From Planctomycetota bacterium (GTDB lineage Bacteria > Planctomycetota > UBA1135 > GCA-002686595): a DNA stretch of 16,910 nucleotides. The stretch spans positions 1 through 16,910 of the forward strand of contig JALWOP010000297.1 in NCBI GenBank assembly GCA_027083445.1, in the 5' to 3' direction. A program made the position numbers and the translations under genes. Below are positions 14,752 to 16,910 of this stretch, piece after piece. The notes under the pieces are model-generated. The model had not been told where the DNA came from. It was given only the letters and a program-made list of their open reading frames with translations, and ran no database searches. The first letter of the stretch is position 1; each line of letters begins with the position of its first letter.

Positions 14752-15597
14752 ATGCACCTGCCCCCCCGCCGCTTCAGCGCCCCCCGTCTGGCCCTCTTCC
14801 GGGGGGTGGAGCGGCTCTGCCGGCTCCTGGGGGGACGCCGGGCCTACCGCCGGCTCTTCCTCGACCGGCTCCGGGTACGGGAGGAGCTCCTGGCGGTCCC
14901 GGGGCTGCCCGAGGGGCTATCGGGGTTGACCCTGGCCCAGGTCTCGGACCTGCACGCCGGGCCCTACCTCGGGGCGGGGGACCTGGGGGGGCTGGTGGCG
15001 ATCCTCGAGGAGCGCGCTCCCGACCTGGTCGCCCTGACCGGGGACTACTGCGTTCACGCGGTCGACGAGGCCTTCGGCGTCCTCGATGAGCTCTGTGCCT
15101 ACCGGCCTCCCCTCGGTATCTTCGCCGTCTTCGGCAACCACGACTACAAGGATCGGCGGGAGGGGGAACTCGAGGCGCGCTTCGCCGCGCGGGGAGCCAC
15201 GGTCCTGCGCAACCGGGGTGAGCGCATCCCCGCCGGTGGCGCGGTGCTGGCGATCACCGGCATCGAAGACCTCGAGGAGGGACGCCTCGTCGATCCCGCG
15301 GCGGCCCGCGCCGAGCTACGGGAGGGGGATGTCGAGATCCTGCTCTCCCACAATCCAAGTGGTGCACCCGCCCTGGCGCGGCCGGGCTGCGTGGCGATCC
15401 TCTCCGGCCACAGCCACGGCGGCCAGGTCGACCTGCCCTTTCTGCGCCGGTTCGGTCCACCCCATCCGGGGCTGCGCATCCCCTTGGGGTCGACGACCCT
15501 CTTCGTCAGCCGCGGAGTCGGGGTGCTCGGCATTCCCCTGCGGCTGCGCGCCCCGGCGGAGGTCCTCTTTCTGCGTCTGGTGCCTGCGGACTGCTAG
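14752..15597 (+). CDS. Calcineurin-like metallophosphoesterase (YkuE/YaeI family). Divergent from argR.
   Basis: Metallophosphoesterase motifs LAQVSDLHAG (D-x-H), ALTGDY (GD), VFGNHDY (GNH[D/E]) and LSGHSHGGQ (GH-x-H). Confidence 0.8.
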   Translation: MHLPPRRFSAPRLALFRGVERLCRLLGGRRAYRRLFLDRLRVREELLAVPGLPEGLSGLTLAQVSDLHAGPYLGAGDLGGLVAILEERAPDLVALTGDYCVHAVDEAFGVLDELCAYRPPLGIFAVFGNHDYKDRREGELEARFAARGATVLRNRGERIPAGGAVLAITGIEDLEEGRLVDPAAARAELREGDVEILLSHNPSGAPALARPGCVAILSGHSHGGQVDLPFLRRFGPPHPGLRIPLGSTTLFVSRGVGVLGIPLRLRAPAEVLFLRLVPADC

Positions 15598-15609
15598 GAT
15601 CGAAGGCGC

Positions 15610-16503
15610 ATGCACGGTTCCCTCGCCCTGGCCCGGGGTGTCGTCTACGTCGGACGCTGCGCCCAGCGGGCATGGGTCGTTCCCTACGACCTGGACGGCC
15701 ACCCCCTGGAAGGGGGGCTATCCTTCTGCGATGAGGTGGGGGGGCGCAGCAGCGCCGCCGGCTTGGCGGTCGACGACGACCACCGTATCTGGGTAGCCGA
15801 CAGTGAAGCGGGACGTCTGCGCAGCTTCACCCTCTTCGGTCGGCCCCTGGCCGATGTGGGCGACAGCGATCACGGCGCAGGGGGGCAGAGCAGGCGCAAG
15901 GAGCTCGACGAACGCGGCCGGATCGGTCGGCCGGTCGATGTCGCCGTCAGCGGATCGGACGACGAACTCGAGCTCGTCGTCGCTTCGGGGGGGCGCCGCC
16001 GCCACGCCCTGCAGATTCTGCACCCCGCCAGCGGCCGATCCCTCTCCCTGCGCCCTCCGGCGGGGCCGCGGGGATTCTTCCAGGGGCTCCGTGGGGTCGC
16101 CTACCGGGCCGGGCGCATCTACGCCTCGGAAACCGCGGCGGGTCGGGTGCACGTCTACCAGGGAGGCGAACTGCACTGGAGCCTGAGACTCCCCGCCGCG
16201 GGGAACGCACGCTTCCGGCCCACGGCGGTCGCTCCCCTGGAGGACGGCAGCCTGGTCGTCACCAGTAGCGACGAGGGATCGGGAGCCCTCTTGCACTGCG
16301 ACGGGGGCGGGCGGCTCCGGCGCGTCCTGGCCGAGGGGGGCAGCGCAGCGGGACAGGTCGATGAGCCCCTCGACGTGGTGGTCGACGAACAGGCCCCCGG
16401 CGGAGCGAGGGCCGTGGTCATCGATCAGGCGGGTTGTCGCGTGCAGGTCTTCACTTTGGAAGGACGTTGCTTTGGTGCCTTCCCCAAGCTCTCCGCAGGT
16501 TAG
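15610..16503 (+). CDS. Beta-propeller protein with NHL-type repeats, unknown function.
   Basis: Repeated strands of the form D-x-x-x-R-I-W-V-A-D, VDVAVSGSDDELELVVAS, RIYASETAAGRVHVYQ and VVIDQAGCRVQVFTLEG (NHL-like 'vaD..n.rv..f'). Weak overall, so the call is tentative. Confidence 0.45.
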   Translation: MHGSLALARGVVYVGRCAQRAWVVPYDLDGHPLEGGLSFCDEVGGRSSAAGLAVDDDHRIWVADSEAGRLRSFTLFGRPLADVGDSDHGAGGQSRRKELDERGRIGRPVDVAVSGSDDELELVVASGGRRRHALQILHPASGRSLSLRPPAGPRGFFQGLRGVAYRAGRIYASETAAGRVHVYQGGELHWSLRLPAAGNARFRPTAVAPLEDGSLVVTSSDEGSGALLHCDGGGRLRRVLAEGGSAAGQVDEPLDVVVDEQAPGGARAVVIDQAGCRVQVFTLEGRCFGAFPKLSAG

Positions 16504-16553
16504 ACGAACGGCCCCTTGCCGCGCGGTCGAGCCCGGTCTTGAATGGCTCGCGG

Positions 16554-16910
16554 ATGCGTTACTGGATCCTGGCCCTCTTCCTGCTGGCCGGTTCGCTCGC
16601 CGTCGTGTTCTTGCTCGGGGGAGACACCGTTCCCCCCGCACGCTCCGAGGTGCTTGCCGCTCACTCACCCGCTCCCCCCTCAGGTGGAGGGGAGGCGGCG
16701 CCCCTCGATGCACCTCTCCCCAGCGCGCTCGTCGGGCAGGTGGTTGCAAGCGGGAGTGGGAGGGGGATCGAGGGCGCGCGCCTGCGCCTTTACCCAAGGT
16801 CCAGCGGCGCGGATGGAGCGCCCGGCGCGCCACTCGAGTGCACCAGCGACGGGGAGGGGGGCTTTCGCTTCGACGCCCGGGGGGTGGCGGGGGACGTCGT
16901 CGTCGAAGCG
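16554..16910 (+). CDS. 3'-truncated gene (runs off the window): N-terminal signal/anchor peptide followed by a carboxypeptidase-regulatory-like (CarboxypepD_reg / Cna-B-type) beta-sandwich domain.
   Basis: My own translation from ATG 16554: MRYWILALFLLAGSLAVVFLLGG..., then GQVVASGSGRGIEGARLRLY...ECTSDGEGGFRFDARGVAGDVVVEA, matching the G-x-V-x-D...G-x-P-l-x-g-A-x-V...T-d-x-d-G-x-F-x-F pattern. The other ATG at 16543 gives junk. Confidence 0.5.
   Translation, partial: MRYWILALFLLAGSLAVVFLLGGDTVPPARSEVLAAHSPAPPSGGGEAAPLDAPLPSALVGQVVASGSGRGIEGARLRLYPRSSGADGAPGAPLECTSDGEGGFRFDARGVAGDVVVEA

Noticed and set aside
1-16910. Searched for CRISPR arrays, IS/transposase or integrase genes, rRNA, and tRNA.
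   Set aside because: None found. There are no spaced direct repeats, no DDE/tyrosine-recombinase-like ORFs, and no rRNA-like or tRNA-like conserved blocks. The window looks like ordinary core chromosome rather than a mobile island.

Overview
High-GC (~70-72%) bacterial chromosomal segment, apparently ordinary core genome. Antisense and out-of-frame ORFs are pervasive, as expected when wobble positions are almost always G/C. I can support 16 protein-coding genes. In window order they are: (1) an ECF sigma-70-family factor whose reading frame continues through one predicted transmembrane helix into a ~350-aa Gly/Pro/Ser-rich low-complexity tail; (2) a JAMM/MPN+ metalloprotease and (3) a Cupin_2 protein, convergent with the sigma gene and translationally coupled to each other (GTGA overlap); (4) a large ~11-helix membrane protein with a GT-C-like first-loop ED motif and an unassigned C-terminal domain; (5) QueF type I (preQ0 reductase); (6) an APH-like kinase / P-loop kinase fusion; (7) an NfeD-like protein and (8) a flotillin (yuaF-floT-like pair); (9) adenosine deaminase and (10) an esterase in an operon; (11) glutamyl-tRNA synthetase; (12) a ZAS-type (HxxxCxxC) anti-sigma factor with a FecR-like domain and no adjacent sigma gene; (13) ArgR, with ARG-box-like palindromes in and near its 5' end; (14) a divergent metallophosphoesterase; (15) an NHL-repeat propeller protein; and (16) a 5'-partial secreted protein with a carboxypeptidase-regulatory-like domain. 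No rRNA, tRNA, CRISPR or mobile element was found. The most unusual items are the membrane-tethered sigma fusion, the cupin-JAMM coupled pair lacking any Ub-like or E1 partner, the orphan anti-sigma factor, and the argR start/operator arrangement. None can be confirmed without database searches.
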